A stretch of DNA of 64,000 nucleotides from Nitrospirales bacterium (GTDB lineage: Bacteria > Nitrospirota > Nitrospiria > Nitrospirales > UBA8639). Shown here one piece after another: positions 63,970-64,000 of the stretch. Location: positions 2,240,001-2,304,000 of the forward strand of contig CBDBCZ010000018.1 of NCBI GenBank assembly GCA_965203295.1. The letters run 5' to 3'. Made by a program: the position numbers and the translations under genes. Positions within the stretch are counted from its first letter, which is position 1. Every line of letters begins with the position of its first letter. Below the pieces are notes generated by a model. That model was not told the origin of the DNA. It made no database searches and saw only the letters and a program-made list of their open reading frames with translations.

Positions 63970-64000
63970 CTAAACTGTGTGGATGGTACAAAGGTGCCAC

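Overview
Intron-rich, AT-rich animal genomic DNA. The small-MITE repertoire and short introns suggest a non-bilaterian invertebrate such as a demosponge, but this is inference only. The first ~33 kb holds spliced host-gene copies that can be reconstructed exon by exon, most of them damaged. These are PSMG2 (minus strand, 7 clean exons with one in-frame TGA at a position that is Cys in the vertebrate protein), a 5'-truncated NPC1-family copy with a frameshift and a lost acceptor, a truncated RCL1 pseudogene, and two inverted copies of a kinesin neck/coiled-coil fragment, one with an internal micro-inversion. From ~34 kb onward the window is a nest of mobile DNA. A Penelope-like retroelement has an inverted pseudo-LTR carrying a minimal hammerhead ribozyme. 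That pseudo-LTR is split by an ~8.4 kb composite insertion containing a 7-exon KDZ (Kyakuja/Dileera/Zisupton)-type transposase between mirror-image TTTTCCTGACA arrays, and a full-length hAT element with a 5-bp TSD and an Asp-to-Asn change at a catalytic position. Also present are degenerate LINEs, a probable Crypton remnant, a tRNA-derived SINE head and many MITEs. All calls come from manual translation and motif recognition; no searches were run.
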